This document shows positions 53,171-62,871 of a stretch of DNA of 64,000 nucleotides, in pieces. Location: contig JBGPQV010000001.1 in NCBI GenBank assembly GCA_041489255.1, positions 32,001 through 96,000 of the forward strand, in the 5' to 3' direction. Positions within the stretch are counted from its first letter, which is position 1. Each line of letters opens with the position of its first letter. The DNA comes from Thermoplasmata archaeon (GTDB taxonomy: Archaea; Thermoplasmatota; Thermoplasmata; RBG-16-68-12; JAFNFQ01). The notes under the pieces were generated by a model. The model saw only the letters and a program-made list of their open reading frames with translations. It made no database searches and was not told the origin of the DNA. Made by a program: the position numbers and the translations under genes.

Positions 53171-53752
53171 ATGGACCGCGGTAACAATGGCCTTCGGAGC
53201 AAGTGGGGAGAGAGATTCACGAAAGCAACACTGGTTCAGGGAGCCCTCGCCACGGGTCTGACCGCCTATCTGCTGTATCAGGGGGTGTTCGGCGTGCCCG
53301 CGGCCTCTCGCATCGTCGCCGGTGGAGGGGCCGGGATGTGGCTGACTGTCGGGTACTTCGCATACATCATCATGGGCGTTCTGGCAACGATGGCGGTGGC
53401 CCTGTTCTTCAGGCACCTCGAGCTGGATCTCAAGAGGAGATTCAACAAGTGGACCAGCGGACTCGCCTGGATCACGCTCGTGATGTGGAACATAGGCGTC
53501 ATCGGTGCTACATGGCTCATGATGTACGCCGGATACACGGGAGGGGCGGCGGCCCTGCCGACGACCTCGGGCGGTCTCGGCTACAACGCCGGCCAGGTCC
53601 ACTCATTGATCATGGTCGGCTATCCGACGCCCATCGCCATCTTCATGGCAGTTGCGGTGTTCGGAGCATTCCTCGGGCTGCTTGACGCCGCCCTCGTGTG
53701 GCTACGCCCCGCGAAGGTTGAAGCGCCCGTGGAAGCAAGCGTCGGCCAGTAA
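53171..53752 (+). CDS. 4-TM membrane protein, possibly related to one repeat of heme-copper oxidase subunit I
   Basis: 4 TM; W..RF....LVQG, GGAGMWLTVGY, LAW..L...NIG.....LMMYAGY.GG. Confidence 0.7.
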   Translation: MDRGNNGLRSKWGERFTKATLVQGALATGLTAYLLYQGVFGVPAASRIVAGGGAGMWLTVGYFAYIIMGVLATMAVALFFRHLELDLKRRFNKWTSGLAWITLVMWNIGVIGATWLMMYAGYTGGAAALPTTSGGLGYNAGQVHSLIMVGYPTPIAIFMAVAVFGAFLGLLDAALVWLRPAKVEAPVEASVGQ

Positions 53753-53764
53753 GCCAGACTCAAG

Positions 53765-53840
53765 ATTCCCCCCTCGGGGAAGGCCGCGCCAAAGGGCCGG
53801 GACAGCCCGGCCCCCCATTCTCTTTTCTTCTGCTTTTCTT
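53765..53840 (+). terminator. Hairpins followed by a pyrimidine/T-rich tract
   Basis: TTCCCC-CTC-GGGGAA and GGGCCGGG-ACAG-CCCGGCCC, then TTCTCTTTTCTTCTGCTTTTCTT. Confidence 0.55.
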
Positions 53841-53933
53841 CAATCCCAGCTTAGCCATCGACCCCGAATCGATACGCGCATCCAAGGATTTATATGACCA
53901 TGGCAGACTAATTGTCCCTTCCTCGGTATTCGG

Positions 53934-54878
53934 ATGAAAACCGCCATTGTAGCTATTGGTGGCAACGCCCTCCTGCCCGCCAAGGACTCTGGCACAGCTG
54001 AGGGGCAGAGGAAGCGGATACGCGAGACTTGCCGGCACCTAGCAGCGGTTATCCAGAGAGGTTGGGACATAGCGCTTGTCCACGGGAATGGACCTCAGGT
54101 AGGCAACATACTGCTGCAGAACGAAGCAGCCCAAGCGACTGTCCCGGCGTTGCCGCTCGATGTTTGTGTTGCGGAAAGCCAAGCACAGATCGGATATGTG
54201 CTGCAGCAGGAGCTCTCTAACGAACTCGCCGCCAGAGGAATCAGGAAGAATGTCGTCAGCATCGTCACCCAAGTCGTCGTCGACGAGAACGACCCGGCGA
54301 TGCAGAACCCGACGAAGCCAATCGGCCCCTATTATGACCGGGACAGGGCTGAGGAACTCAAGAAGGCGAGGGGGTGGAAGCTGGTCTACGACAGGAGGGG
54401 GGGATATCGACGTGTGGTGCCCTCTCCAAAGCCAATCGATATAGTCGAAAAGGCCACAATAGAGAGGCTGATGTTCACCGGCACGACGGATTGGGTGGTC
54501 ATCGCAGCGGGGGGCGGCGGTGTCCCAGTAATCAGGAAGAACGGGGAATTGATTGGGGTTGAGGCGGTAATCGACAAAGACCTTGCCGCAGCCGTCTTGG
54601 CGAAAGTGGTCAAGGAGAAGTTGCTTGTGATGCTCACCGACGTGGCGCATGTTGCGGTGAACTTCGGGAAAGTGGAGCAGACGAACATCGGTCGGATGAC
54701 GGTGGCCGAGGCGAGACACTACATGGCCCAAGGCCACTTCCCGCCGGGGAGCATGGGGCCGAAAGTCGAGGCTGCAATCGAATTCCTGGAGGGCGGCGGT
54801 GAGAGGGTCATCATAACGAACCCAGACAACTTCGAGAAGGCCCTCGAAGGCGTGGCGGGTACGACGATTACGCCATAG
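53934..54878 (+). CDS. arcC: Carbamate kinase
   Basis: AIGGNAL, HGNGPQVG, NPTKPIG, RRVVPSP, GGGGVPV, EAVIDKD, GSMGPK. Confidence 0.95.
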   Translation: MKTAIVAIGGNALLPAKDSGTAEGQRKRIRETCRHLAAVIQRGWDIALVHGNGPQVGNILLQNEAAQATVPALPLDVCVAESQAQIGYVLQQELSNELAARGIRKNVVSIVTQVVVDENDPAMQNPTKPIGPYYDRDRAEELKKARGWKLVYDRRGGYRRVVPSPKPIDIVEKATIERLMFTGTTDWVVIAAGGGGVPVIRKNGELIGVEAVIDKDLAAAVLAKVVKEKLLVMLTDVAHVAVNFGKVEQTNIGRMTVAEARHYMAQGHFPPGSMGPKVEAAIEFLEGGGERVIITNPDNFEKALEGVAGTTITP

Positions 54879-54927
54879 CCCTGCATGGCCCATCTTTAGC
54901 TAGTCGGCGCGGCGATTCACCCGCCAC

Positions 54928-55668
54928 ATGGTAGACTCGATGCGTCTCTATGGGCAGGCGATGATTGACCACTTGCACGGAAGGATGGGGAGGCTTGTGA
55001 TCGAGCGAGACGATGGACGGAGGGAAGTGACCGATATCTCCTCCCTCTTCGCACCATACTCGGGGACACACGAAAGATGGCGGGAGGATGAACGGAAAGC
55101 CATCCACCTCGCGAGAGGACATGTGCTTGATATTGGCTGCGGACCCGGGCGGGTCGCCCTGTATCTTCAACGAAGAGGAATCAGAGTAACCGCCATCGAC
55201 ATCTCTCCCGAGGCGCTCCAAGTCGCGAAAACGCGCGGCGTTCGGAATGCCATGCTCATGGACGCCCGCCAGCTCTCATTCCCGCCCAGGAGCTTCGACA
55301 CCTTCGTCATGTTCGGAAACAACTTCGGCATCTGCGGGGACTTCGCCGCAACGAGGCGATTCCTCAAGGGATTGGCGCGAGTGGTGCGGCCCCGAGCGCG
55401 GCTCATAGCATCGACGCGAACACCTGGCTCATGGATTCTTCGGCATGCGCCCTACGTCATGAAAAATGTCCGCGAGGGGCGTCCGCCCGTCCTCATCAGG
55501 CTCAGACTCGAGTACAAAGGCGAGAAGGGATCATGGTTCCCGCTGCTGCTCCTCAGCCCTGACGATGCGATGAGACTCTGTCTCTCGGCGGGCTGGGAGG
55601 TTGTCAGGGTCGTGCCGTGTGGCGGTGGGATTGAGGATTATTCCTTCGTCGCGGAAAAGCTGGGTTGA
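54928..55668 (+). CDS. Class I SAM-dependent methyltransferase
   Basis: VLDIGCGPGR, AIDIS, FDT....GNNFG. Confidence 0.88.
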   Translation: MVDSMRLYGQAMIDHLHGRMGRLVIERDDGRREVTDISSLFAPYSGTHERWREDERKAIHLARGHVLDIGCGPGRVALYLQRRGIRVTAIDISPEALQVAKTRGVRNAMLMDARQLSFPPRSFDTFVMFGNNFGICGDFAATRRFLKGLARVVRPRARLIASTRTPGSWILRHAPYVMKNVREGRPPVLIRLRLEYKGEKGSWFPLLLLSPDDAMRLCLSAGWEVVRVVPCGGGIEDYSFVAEKLG

Positions 55669-55735
55669 ACAGCTTTCTCGTCCGATGCTCGTGTCGCAAT
55701 CCTTTTAGCCAGCTGTCCGGATGCTCATCCGTCGA

Positions 55736-56839
55736 ATGGCCACCATAGAAGACCATATCAAAGAAGTCGAGGACGAAATCCAGCGCACGCCGTACAACAA
55801 GGCGACCCAGCACCACATCGGCAAGCTCAAAGCGAAGTTGGCGCGGCTCAAGGACGAGGCGCAGAAACGTCTGTCTGCAAGGGGCGGCGGCGCCCCCGGA
55901 TACGCCGTCAAGAAGTCCGGTCACGCGACGGTCGCGATTGTCGGCTTCCCCAGCGTCGGCAAGAGCACGCTCCTGAACCAGATAACGGATGCGAACAGCC
56001 CGGTCGCCAGCTACGACTTCACGACGCTGGACGTCATCCCGGGAGTCATGTACCACAACGGGGCGCAAATCCAAATCCTCGACATGCCCGGGCTGATCAG
56101 GGGGGCATCGAAGGGCAGGGGCAGAGGGCGGGAAGTCATCTCGGTGGCCAGAGGCTCCGACCTCATCATGCTCATGGTCGATGTCTTCGAGGCGAACATC
56201 GACGTCCTCGTGGACGAGCTGAGCCAGAGTGGCATCCGGCTGAATCAACACCCGCCGGACGTGGTGATCACGAAGAAATCGAGGGGCGGCGTCGATGTCA
56301 ACCCGACGGTGAAGCTCACACGGATGAACAAGGAGACCATCGCGGATATGCTCCGCGAGTTCGGTTACATCAATGCCGACATCGTCGTCCGCGACGACAT
56401 CACGGAGGATCAGTTGGTCGATATCCTGGCGGGGAACCGCGTCTACGTCCCGGCTTTCATCGTGATTAACAAAGTCGACCTAGTCACGGATGAGTACCTG
56501 AAGAAAGTCAAAGCGCGGATGAAGGGCTGGAAGTTCTTGGCGGTTTCGGCGGAAAAAGGCGGCGGACTCGACGTGCTGAAGGACACCATATATGATGTGC
56601 TGAACTTCATTCGGATTTTCCTGAAGCCGCAGGGAAAGGATGCGGACATGGCGGAGCCCTTGATCACGAGGCAGGGCGCCACGGTCGAAACCGTCTGCGA
56701 GACAATCCACAGGGACTTCCGCAAGAAGTTCCGCTACGCCAACATCTGGGGCCCAAGCGCAAAGTTCCCCGGGCAGACGGTTGGCCTGAATCACGGTCTG
56801 CTGGACGGGGACATCCTGACGCTGGTGCTCAAGAGGTGA
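55736..56839 (+). CDS. DRG-family OBG-like GTPase with TGS domain
   Basis: TPYNKATQHHIGKLKAKLA, GFPSVGKS, YDFTT, DMPG, NKVD, WGPSAKFPGQ. Confidence 0.95.
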   Translation: MATIEDHIKEVEDEIQRTPYNKATQHHIGKLKAKLARLKDEAQKRLSARGGGAPGYAVKKSGHATVAIVGFPSVGKSTLLNQITDANSPVASYDFTTLDVIPGVMYHNGAQIQILDMPGLIRGASKGRGRGREVISVARGSDLIMLMVDVFEANIDVLVDELSQSGIRLNQHPPDVVITKKSRGGVDVNPTVKLTRMNKETIADMLREFGYINADIVVRDDITEDQLVDILAGNRVYVPAFIVINKVDLVTDEYLKKVKARMKGWKFLAVSAEKGGGLDVLKDTIYDVLNFIRIFLKPQGKDADMAEPLITRQGATVETVCETIHRDFRKKFRYANIWGPSAKFPGQTVGLNHGLLDGDILTLVLKR

Positions 56840-56867
56840 GGGAAGGCTTAAATTGGCACGCCAGCGT

Positions 56868-59300
56868 ATGACGGCGGGAGGTCTGTCTATGCCGGGGCGA
56901 GGAGGAGCAGTGATTCTGCTCGCAGTCTTCATTTTAGGGTGCATACTCGTGCCAACTTCCCGCAACGTCTCTGCGGCCGAACCGATAGGGAATGATTTCT
57001 GGGGAGTGGTCGTCGCGGACGGCGGTGACAATCCTCCCAGCGGCCTGCAGGTCAGGGCGGAGGTTGACGGTGTCGTATACGGCACCGGGAGCACGCTGAA
57101 CACGGGAATCAACACAGTATACGCCATGAGCACCGAGGGGGATGACGATGCCACGCCGGAGAAGGACGGCATCGTTACCGGCGACCTTATGATGTTCTGG
57201 GTGGAAGGCTACGTCTGCGACGAGACCTACAACAACTGGCAGGCGGGCCAAGTGATAATCGGCATCCCCATACCAACGGTGACGAACCTGGACCTTCACT
57301 ATTCCACCGTCGGACAGCCCGCCCCCCTCAAGATCAACGAGGTCATGCCCAACCCGACCATGGGAGATGACTGGATCGAAATCTACAACCCGACGGCAAA
57401 TGCCGTCGCTCTCAGTCAATATAGAGTCGAGGACAGCGAGGGATACACCCAGCAGTTGAGCGGCGCCATAGACCCGTACGGTTTCCTGGTCGTCTCGCTG
57501 ACCGGAGGGGATGTGCTGGCGAATTCCGGACAGGACGAGATCAAGATAGCCTGGCGGGATTCTTCGGGCATCAAAGCTGGCGGCAACTGGGTGCCGATTG
57601 ACCGCATGGAGTACGGGCCGGGCGGGAGCGGGCCCGGAGACACTGCCCCCAGCAACGGGGACATGGTGAACGCCCAACTGCCGCCACTCGATGTCAGCCT
57701 TGAGCTGGTGCCTGACGGCGACGAAACGAACCATCCAAACGTCGATTACACATTGGCCTCCAGACCTGAGAGTACGCCAGGCTACACGAACACCGAGGTG
57801 CAACCGACAATCGCGCTGATCACCCCACCGAGCGGGATCACGAGCGCAGACCTGAACTACAGCATCGCGTGGACCGATGATGACCCTGATGACAACGCCG
57901 ATATCCGCCTCTTCTACGACGTCGACGATCAACCCGGAGGCGAGTCGCCGATTGCGAGCCTGCCTCTGGCGGAGGACCAGGACGGCCCTGGGGACCAGTA
58001 TCTTTGGGACACGACCAGCGTGCCCGCCGGACTCTATTTTATCAAGGCAGTCATAAGTGATAGAATCACCCCGGACTTCAGCGCCTACAGCCCGGGAAGA
58101 GTCTCGATAGTCCATCCGCCGAGCATCACACTTCTCGAGCCGGATGGCGTCGGAGACGTGGCAGACAGCGTCTTCAACATACGCTGGGTGGACTCAGATG
58201 CCGACAGCAACGCATCCATAACCCTTCGTTACGACGAGGACTGCAATTTCGGGGGCGAGGTTCTCATCGACCTTGTTCCTTGGGGCGAAGATCCGGACGG
58301 CATCTGGGACACATATCCCTGGAACCTGGACGCCATTCCGGAGGGGCAATACTACGTGAAGGCGACGATAGACGATGACATCAACACACCAGTCTACTCA
58401 TGCAGTCCCGGCCCGCTCACTGTCATACACCCGCCGTCGATAACGATTCTCAAGCCAGATGCGATTGGCGACGAGACTCACCGCTCCTACAGGATCGATT
58501 GGGACGATCGCGACGCGGACGACAATGCAACGATCAGTCTCTGGTATGACGCTGACAAAACGCTCGGCGGGGAGACGCTGATTGCGCAGGTCCCCTGGGG
58601 AGAGGATCCCGATGGGACCGCCTTCGACTCCTATTTGTGGAACACCACCCTCGTTCCCCCTGGTTACTACTACATCAAGGCAATCATAGACGATGGCAAG
58701 TCCAGCAACTACTCATACAGCGCCGGCCGAATAAGGATCACCGCCAACGACCCGCCAGAAATCACGGTCCTGGAGCCGAGCGGGGAGAGAGAAGCCAGCA
58801 GGACTTTCCTGATCACCTGGATCGACCATGATGAGGACGACAATGCAACGATTAGCCTCTACTATGACACCGATAGAAACCCGGGTGGGGAAATCTTCAT
58901 CGGCGTGGTTCCCCAAGGTTCACTCAGCGACAATAACACATTTCTATGGATTGTCTCCGATATCCCGGAGGGACTATACTACATCAGGGCGGTAATCACC
59001 GATGGCATGGCCACGGCGCGCAGCTACAGCACCGGGACCGTTCGTGTTGTTCACCCCCGGCAAGCGGGGAATCTGAACGTCGGCGACTTTCTCCTCGTGA
59101 TAATCGTCGCTCTGGCCATCGTGATTTCGGCTTTCTTTCTGTTTCTGTATGGGAGAAGACGCAGGAAGCGGAGCGCCGAGGTCGCCAAAGTGAAAGAAGA
59201 CGGGACGGACAAAGAGAGCGACGGCGGAAACGAAGCAATCGGAGAGCGACGCGCTCAAGAGGACGCAGAGGCTACTCGGAAGCGCCCGGGTTTTGAGTGA
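56868..59300 (+). CDS. Cell-surface protein: lamin-tail domain, four Ig-like repeats and C-terminal TM anchor
   Basis: Signal peptide, INEVMPNP..DWIEIYNP (lamin-tail domain), repeats, TM followed by RRRRKR. Start uncertain (56853-56889). Confidence 0.85.
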   Translation: MTAGGLSMPGRGGAVILLAVFILGCILVPTSRNVSAAEPIGNDFWGVVVADGGDNPPSGLQVRAEVDGVVYGTGSTLNTGINTVYAMSTEGDDDATPEKDGIVTGDLMMFWVEGYVCDETYNNWQAGQVIIGIPIPTVTNLDLHYSTVGQPAPLKINEVMPNPTMGDDWIEIYNPTANAVALSQYRVEDSEGYTQQLSGAIDPYGFLVVSLTGGDVLANSGQDEIKIAWRDSSGIKAGGNWVPIDRMEYGPGGSGPGDTAPSNGDMVNAQLPPLDVSLELVPDGDETNHPNVDYTLASRPESTPGYTNTEVQPTIALITPPSGITSADLNYSIAWTDDDPDDNADIRLFYDVDDQPGGESPIASLPLAEDQDGPGDQYLWDTTSVPAGLYFIKAVISDRITPDFSAYSPGRVSIVHPPSITLLEPDGVGDVADSVFNIRWVDSDADSNASITLRYDEDCNFGGEVLIDLVPWGEDPDGIWDTYPWNLDAIPEGQYYVKATIDDDINTPVYSCSPGPLTVIHPPSITILKPDAIGDETHRSYRIDWDDRDADDNATISLWYDADKTLGGETLIAQVPWGEDPDGTAFDSYLWNTTLVPPGYYYIKAIIDDGKSSNYSYSAGRIRITANDPPEITVLEPSGEREASRTFLITWIDHDEDDNATISLYYDTDRNPGGEIFIGVVPQGSLSDNNTFLWIVSDIPEGLYYIRAVITDGMATARSYSTGTVRVVHPRQAGNLNVGDFLLVIIVALAIVISAFFLFLYGRRRRKRSAEVAKVKEDGTDKESDGGNEAIGERRAQEDAEATRKRPGFE
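57804..59055 (+). repeat. Four tandem acidic beta-sandwich repeats of about 105 aa
   Basis: Repeat starts at 57804, 58119, 58434 and 58755. Consensus PxITxLxP...I.W.D.D.D.NA.I.L.YD.D...GGE..I....W....P.G.YY.KA.I.D. Confidence 0.85.
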
Positions 59301-59778
59301 CACCGGCGTCTGCCTTCTCCTCCTTATGCCGACCCGAGTATTGCCACAATGCGATTATCATCAGAATGACTATCATTATCGCATGCGATGCGGCGCAGAA
59401 TATGCAGAGCTTGTGGATCACCGCGAACTCAAGGTAGTTCAGGTAAACCACGAAGATAACGCCAATCACCGAGAACAGCAGGAGCAGGGACACGAAGCGC
59501 CCCTTCCTGTCGAATTCTGGATAGTACAGCTTCAGATAGGACAGACTGAACACGGCCACAAAGCCAGCGAGCCCGACCACAGCCCAAGGAAGTCCAGGGA
59601 ACACCTCCGAGTAAGGGCCTCCGTTGACGTCCTCGCAGCTGGACCAGGGGCCTATCTCGCAGAATTCCGCCGAGACCAGCCTGTAGTGGTTCGCGACCAG
59701 AAACGTGGCGAGGCCTATCCCTGCCATGCTCAGAATCAGGACGACACCCATGACGCGGGCTTCGCGGCTTCCTTTCAA
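59272..59778 (-). CDS. Vitamin K epoxide reductase (VKOR) family disulfide-formation protein
   Basis: Loop pair FCEIGPWSSCEDV, LCIFC CxxC, 4 TM. TTG start overlaps the upstream stop. Confidence 0.92.
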   Translation of the reverse strand: MKGSREARVMGVVLILSMAGIGLATFLVANHYRLVSAEFCEIGPWSSCEDVNGGPYSEVFPGLPWAVVGLAGFVAVFSLSYLKLYYPEFDRKGRFVSLLLLFSVIGVIFVVYLNYLEFAVIHKLCIFCAASHAIMIVILMIIALWQYSGRHKEEKADAGVTQNPGASE

Positions 59779-60494
59779 GGTGTCAACTCGCTGATTATCG
59801 CGCTTCTCAATCCGGCCAGATCACCCGCGCCGGTGTTCTTGTAGGCAATCTTGCCGTCCGTTCCAATGAGGAAGAAAGTGGGCGTCGCGGTCACCTGGTA
59901 CAGAGTCCTCACGGCCGTCCCCGACGTCTCCACCAAGTAGGTCCACGGCGTGGGGTATTGCGATATGAATGAGTTCACCATGTCGAATGTCGGCGGGTTC
60001 GTGAATCCCTCAGCCTCAAGGGTTATTGCTATGCTCACAAACTCCACACTGGCCCCATAGTCGCCGTATAGAACCCTTAAGGGAGATGTTGGAGTCTGGA
60101 CCTCGCCAATGCACGCACTGCACTGCGGGTGAAAGAACTCAAGGAGGATTGGTTTGGCGTCACGCAGGTGGATGTCGAGGTTCCAGTCCTGCCTACTGGC
60201 GTTATCCGTCAGCGTGAAGTCGGGCGGACTGTCTCCCACCCCGAGACCGCGTGGAATCAAAACCAACGCCAAGATCACCACCACCACGACGATTGCGGCG
60301 ATGATGACTATCCATCTTCCCCTCGGTCTCGCCGAAGGCTTGTAGGCCCTCTTGGCCTCCTTGACCTCTCTCTGCTCTTCCTGGTCCAGCTGGATGTCCA
60401 CCTTCTCCTTCGGATGAACCTTCTTGACGTGCGCTTCGAGCTTGTCAATCCCAACTTTCTGCCCGCAAACCGGACAGGCTTTCATCTTGGCCAT
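59775..60494 (-). CDS. C2H2 finger, TM and TlpA/redoxin-like domain protein
   Basis: CPVC..LEAHVKKVH, TM, VGDSPPDFTLTD, LLEFFHPQCSAC, YQVTATPTFFLIG.DG. Confidence 0.88.
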   Translation of the reverse strand: MAKMKACPVCGQKVGIDKLEAHVKKVHPKEKVDIQLDQEEQREVKEAKRAYKPSARPRGRWIVIIAAIVVVVVILALVLIPRGLGVGDSPPDFTLTDNASRQDWNLDIHLRDAKPILLEFFHPQCSACIGEVQTPTSPLRVLYGDYGASVEFVSIAITLEAEGFTNPPTFDMVNSFISQYPTPWTYLVETSGTAVRTLYQVTATPTFFLIGTDGKIAYKNTGAGDLAGLRSAIISELTP

Positions 60495-60592
60495 TCAACT
60501 GTCCTTCCTTGCTAGTATCCTAGAACATTCAGGCATATTAAGACTGACCTTTGGAGAATCACTTAGCTTACTGGCGGGCGGCAGTGGGAGCC

Positions 60593-61296
60593 TCATAAAA
60601 CCAGCTGCGCCGCCGCCTCGAGAGTGGCATAGTCCACGATGCCGGTGTGCGTCCATGCCACATATCCGTTCCTGTCTATGACGAAAACCGTGGGCAAAGC
60701 GACGACGCCGTAGAGATCGCGCACAGTTGTGCCGTTGTCCACGAGATAGGTCCAATTGGTGTCGTACTGCTCTTTGAACTCCCGCACGAGCTCGGGCGTC
60801 GGGGTGATGTGCCCCACGCCTTCCAATGATGTCACCACTGTCACAAACTCGATTTCCGAGCCTAGTTCCCATATAGTTCCCTGAGCGAACCGCCTGGGCT
60901 CTGCGCCCACGACATACATGGATTGCAGTCGAGCGCGATGAACTCGATGAATATCGGCTTGCCTTCGCGGATGTGATTCCCCAGATTCCAATCGCTGCCG
61001 CTGGTGTCTGACAAGCTGAAGTTCAGAGGATTCTTGACGGCCTTGGGAACCATCAGGATTGATATGGTTGCAAGAATGATGATTGTCACCAATGTCAGCG
61101 CGAGGAGGACTATCCAGCCTCGCTTCCTCGATGCTTCTTCCGGCCCTGTGCCGTCCCCGTGCACCTTCTCCCGATTGCCCTCCCCCGCTGAATTGCCGGC
61201 GGAAGACCCGGCAGGATGCATCTGCTCCATGTGTCCCTTGATATCGCCTTCGACTACCCGCTCAGCGCAAATCGGGCAGGTCGTTTCTCCTTCCAT
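60593..61296 (-). pseudogene. Paralogous C2H2 finger, TM and redoxin protein split by a 1-nt deletion (or sequencing error)
   Basis: CPIC..HMEQMH, TM, FIEFIALDCNPC. Frame shifts at AAC-TA(G)-GCTCG (60862-60865). Adding one base gives LYGNYGSEIEFV and 234 aa, matching the paralogue LYGDYGASVEFV. Confidence 0.82.
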
Positions 61297-61377
61297 GGGG
61301 AAACCCTCCTTCTCGATTCTTCACGCCACCAGCGCTTATTAATAATGTCTGGTACGCTCTTAGTATGCGGAGGATCT

Positions 61378-62412
61378 TCAGAGGATACCGCCCTCGACCA
61401 CCTTCCTGATCCAGCCGAGAGCCTCGCTGTCCTCATTCTGGGCGGTCCTGAGCAGACTCGCGTACTCCGCCCGACGTTCGTCATCCGCCAGCAATTTCTC
61501 CAGACGCTCCGCCGCCTTCTCCGGGGTCGCCTGAGGATACGGAATGAGTTGGCGCGCGCTCTTCAGCGCAAGCACCTCGTGTGCGTAATGCTCTGCAGCC
61601 CTGGACAGGAGCAGCGCGGCAGGCCTCACCCTGTTGCACAGGTCGAGCAGGTAATTCTGGGCGGCCGTCCTGGCATCTATGAGCTGGTTCATGTTCAGTG
61701 ACGTCGCGAACCCGCGGTGAGCAGCGTCCCCTCTCGGTTTCTCGGAAATCCCGCCTGCCCAGGCAATATAGGCATCCAGTCCGGAAATCATCACGTGCCT
61801 CGTGTTGTGGATGGCGCAATATTCAGAGGCAATCCTGCCTTCGCCCGCGAGTCGGAGAACCGTTTCCAAAGAGGCTTTGATTAGGGCGGGCAAATCGGGT
61901 TCCTTGCCTTCTCTGAGTGTCGTTATTGGCATGAGGCCAAAGCTCTGGTGACACCACCCATACCATGGCCTGAAGTCCAGCTGCGAGTACGCATCTCCCT
62001 CGTCCAGATAGCCCCGGATGTGGAGCCGGCGCGGACTCTCCTCGTATCCGACGATGAGACACGTCTCGAAGGGGCTGGTCAGGCCGCACGAGAGCATGGG
62101 CGATTGCGTGTCGATGGATCGGCACAGCAATTCCCACATTTCCTCCGATTTCTCATCTAAGTGCGCCTCTGCCTCGATGCCGATGGATTCCGCCGCGGTC
62201 CTCACGACATCCGCGGTGACGAAATTGGCCATGTCGAGGCTCCAGTCCTGGCTCCAGTACAGGCGGAAGGCGGCTCCGCCAATCCCCATGAGCCAAGGGT
62301 ACGAGGCCTTGCGCCCGAGGGCTTCAGCGCCCGCCTTGAGAGCCCCGATGGCGGTGAAATCCTCTCCGACGCCATATCTGAGCCGGGAGACGCGGGGCGT
62401 TATCTCAGGCAT
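61378..62412 (-). CDS. Hypothetical protein, possibly BtrH N-terminal / papain-like fold plus helical C-terminus
   Basis: LMGIGGAAFRLYW, SID...P, LIVGY, SGLDAY..WA, AAEHY. Confidence 0.65.
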   Translation of the reverse strand: MPEITPRVSRLRYGVGEDFTAIGALKAGAEALGRKASYPWLMGIGGAAFRLYWSQDWSLDMANFVTADVVRTAAESIGIEAEAHLDEKSEEMWELLCRSIDTQSPMLSCGLTSPFETCLIVGYEESPRRLHIRGYLDEGDAYSQLDFRPWYGWCHQSFGLMPITTLREGKEPDLPALIKASLETVLRLAGEGRIASEYCAIHNTRHVMISGLDAYIAWAGGISEKPRGDAAHRGFATSLNMNQLIDARTAAQNYLLDLCNRVRPAALLLSRAAEHYAHEVLALKSARQLIPYPQATPEKAAERLEKLLADDERRAEYASLLRTAQNEDSEALGWIRKVVEGGIL

Positions 62413-62461
62413 CGTGGGGGAAAATAGCGGGAGACACTTAAGCATTCACGAAGCGGAAGAG

Positions 62462-62725
62462 CTAGTCTTGGATTACCCTGTATACCAAGTCCTTCTCTCG
62501 AACCTTCTCGCTGACCTTTATGCCGACGCTCTGGCCCGTCTCCGCGCGCTGCAGAGGCGTGTTCTCCACCTGCATCGATTCCACCTTCTGCGTCAGGTTG
62601 GTCGTGACCCCTTGGATGAGTACCGTGTCGCCGACCTGGAGGTAACTGTCTGTCAGATTGATCGCCGCCACACCCGCCTTCGTGAAATAGTGGAACACCT
62701 CCCCTACCTTCTCCTTCTCCATCAT
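62462..62725 (-). CDS. Small beta-barrel protein (translation-factor domain II / peptidase U32 C-terminal-like)
   Basis: VGEVFHYFTKAGVA, VGD...IQG.TT, VESMQ, GQSVGIKV...VRE.D.VY. Confidence 0.8.
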   Translation of the reverse strand: MMEKEKVGEVFHYFTKAGVAAINLTDSYLQVGDTVLIQGVTTNLTQKVESMQVENTPLQRAETGQSVGIKVSEKVREKDLVYRVIQD

Positions 62726-62825
62726 GTCACCGATATCTGAATAGAGGTCTCTGGATAAAAATCTATTCGCGCCTCAGGTCTCCATGAGACCGGAACCGAG
62801 ATGGCGCACCGGACAGTAGTAAAGC

Positions 62826-62832
62826 TTTAAAT
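62826..62832 (+). promoter_or_regulatory. TATA box of the Lsm gene
   Basis: AAAGC-TTTAAAT (BRE-TATA) 40 nt before ATG 62872, with a GGGGGAG SD. Confidence 0.55.
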
Positions 62833-62871
62833 GCGGGGGGCGATACCTCAGCAACATAGGGGGAGAAACCC

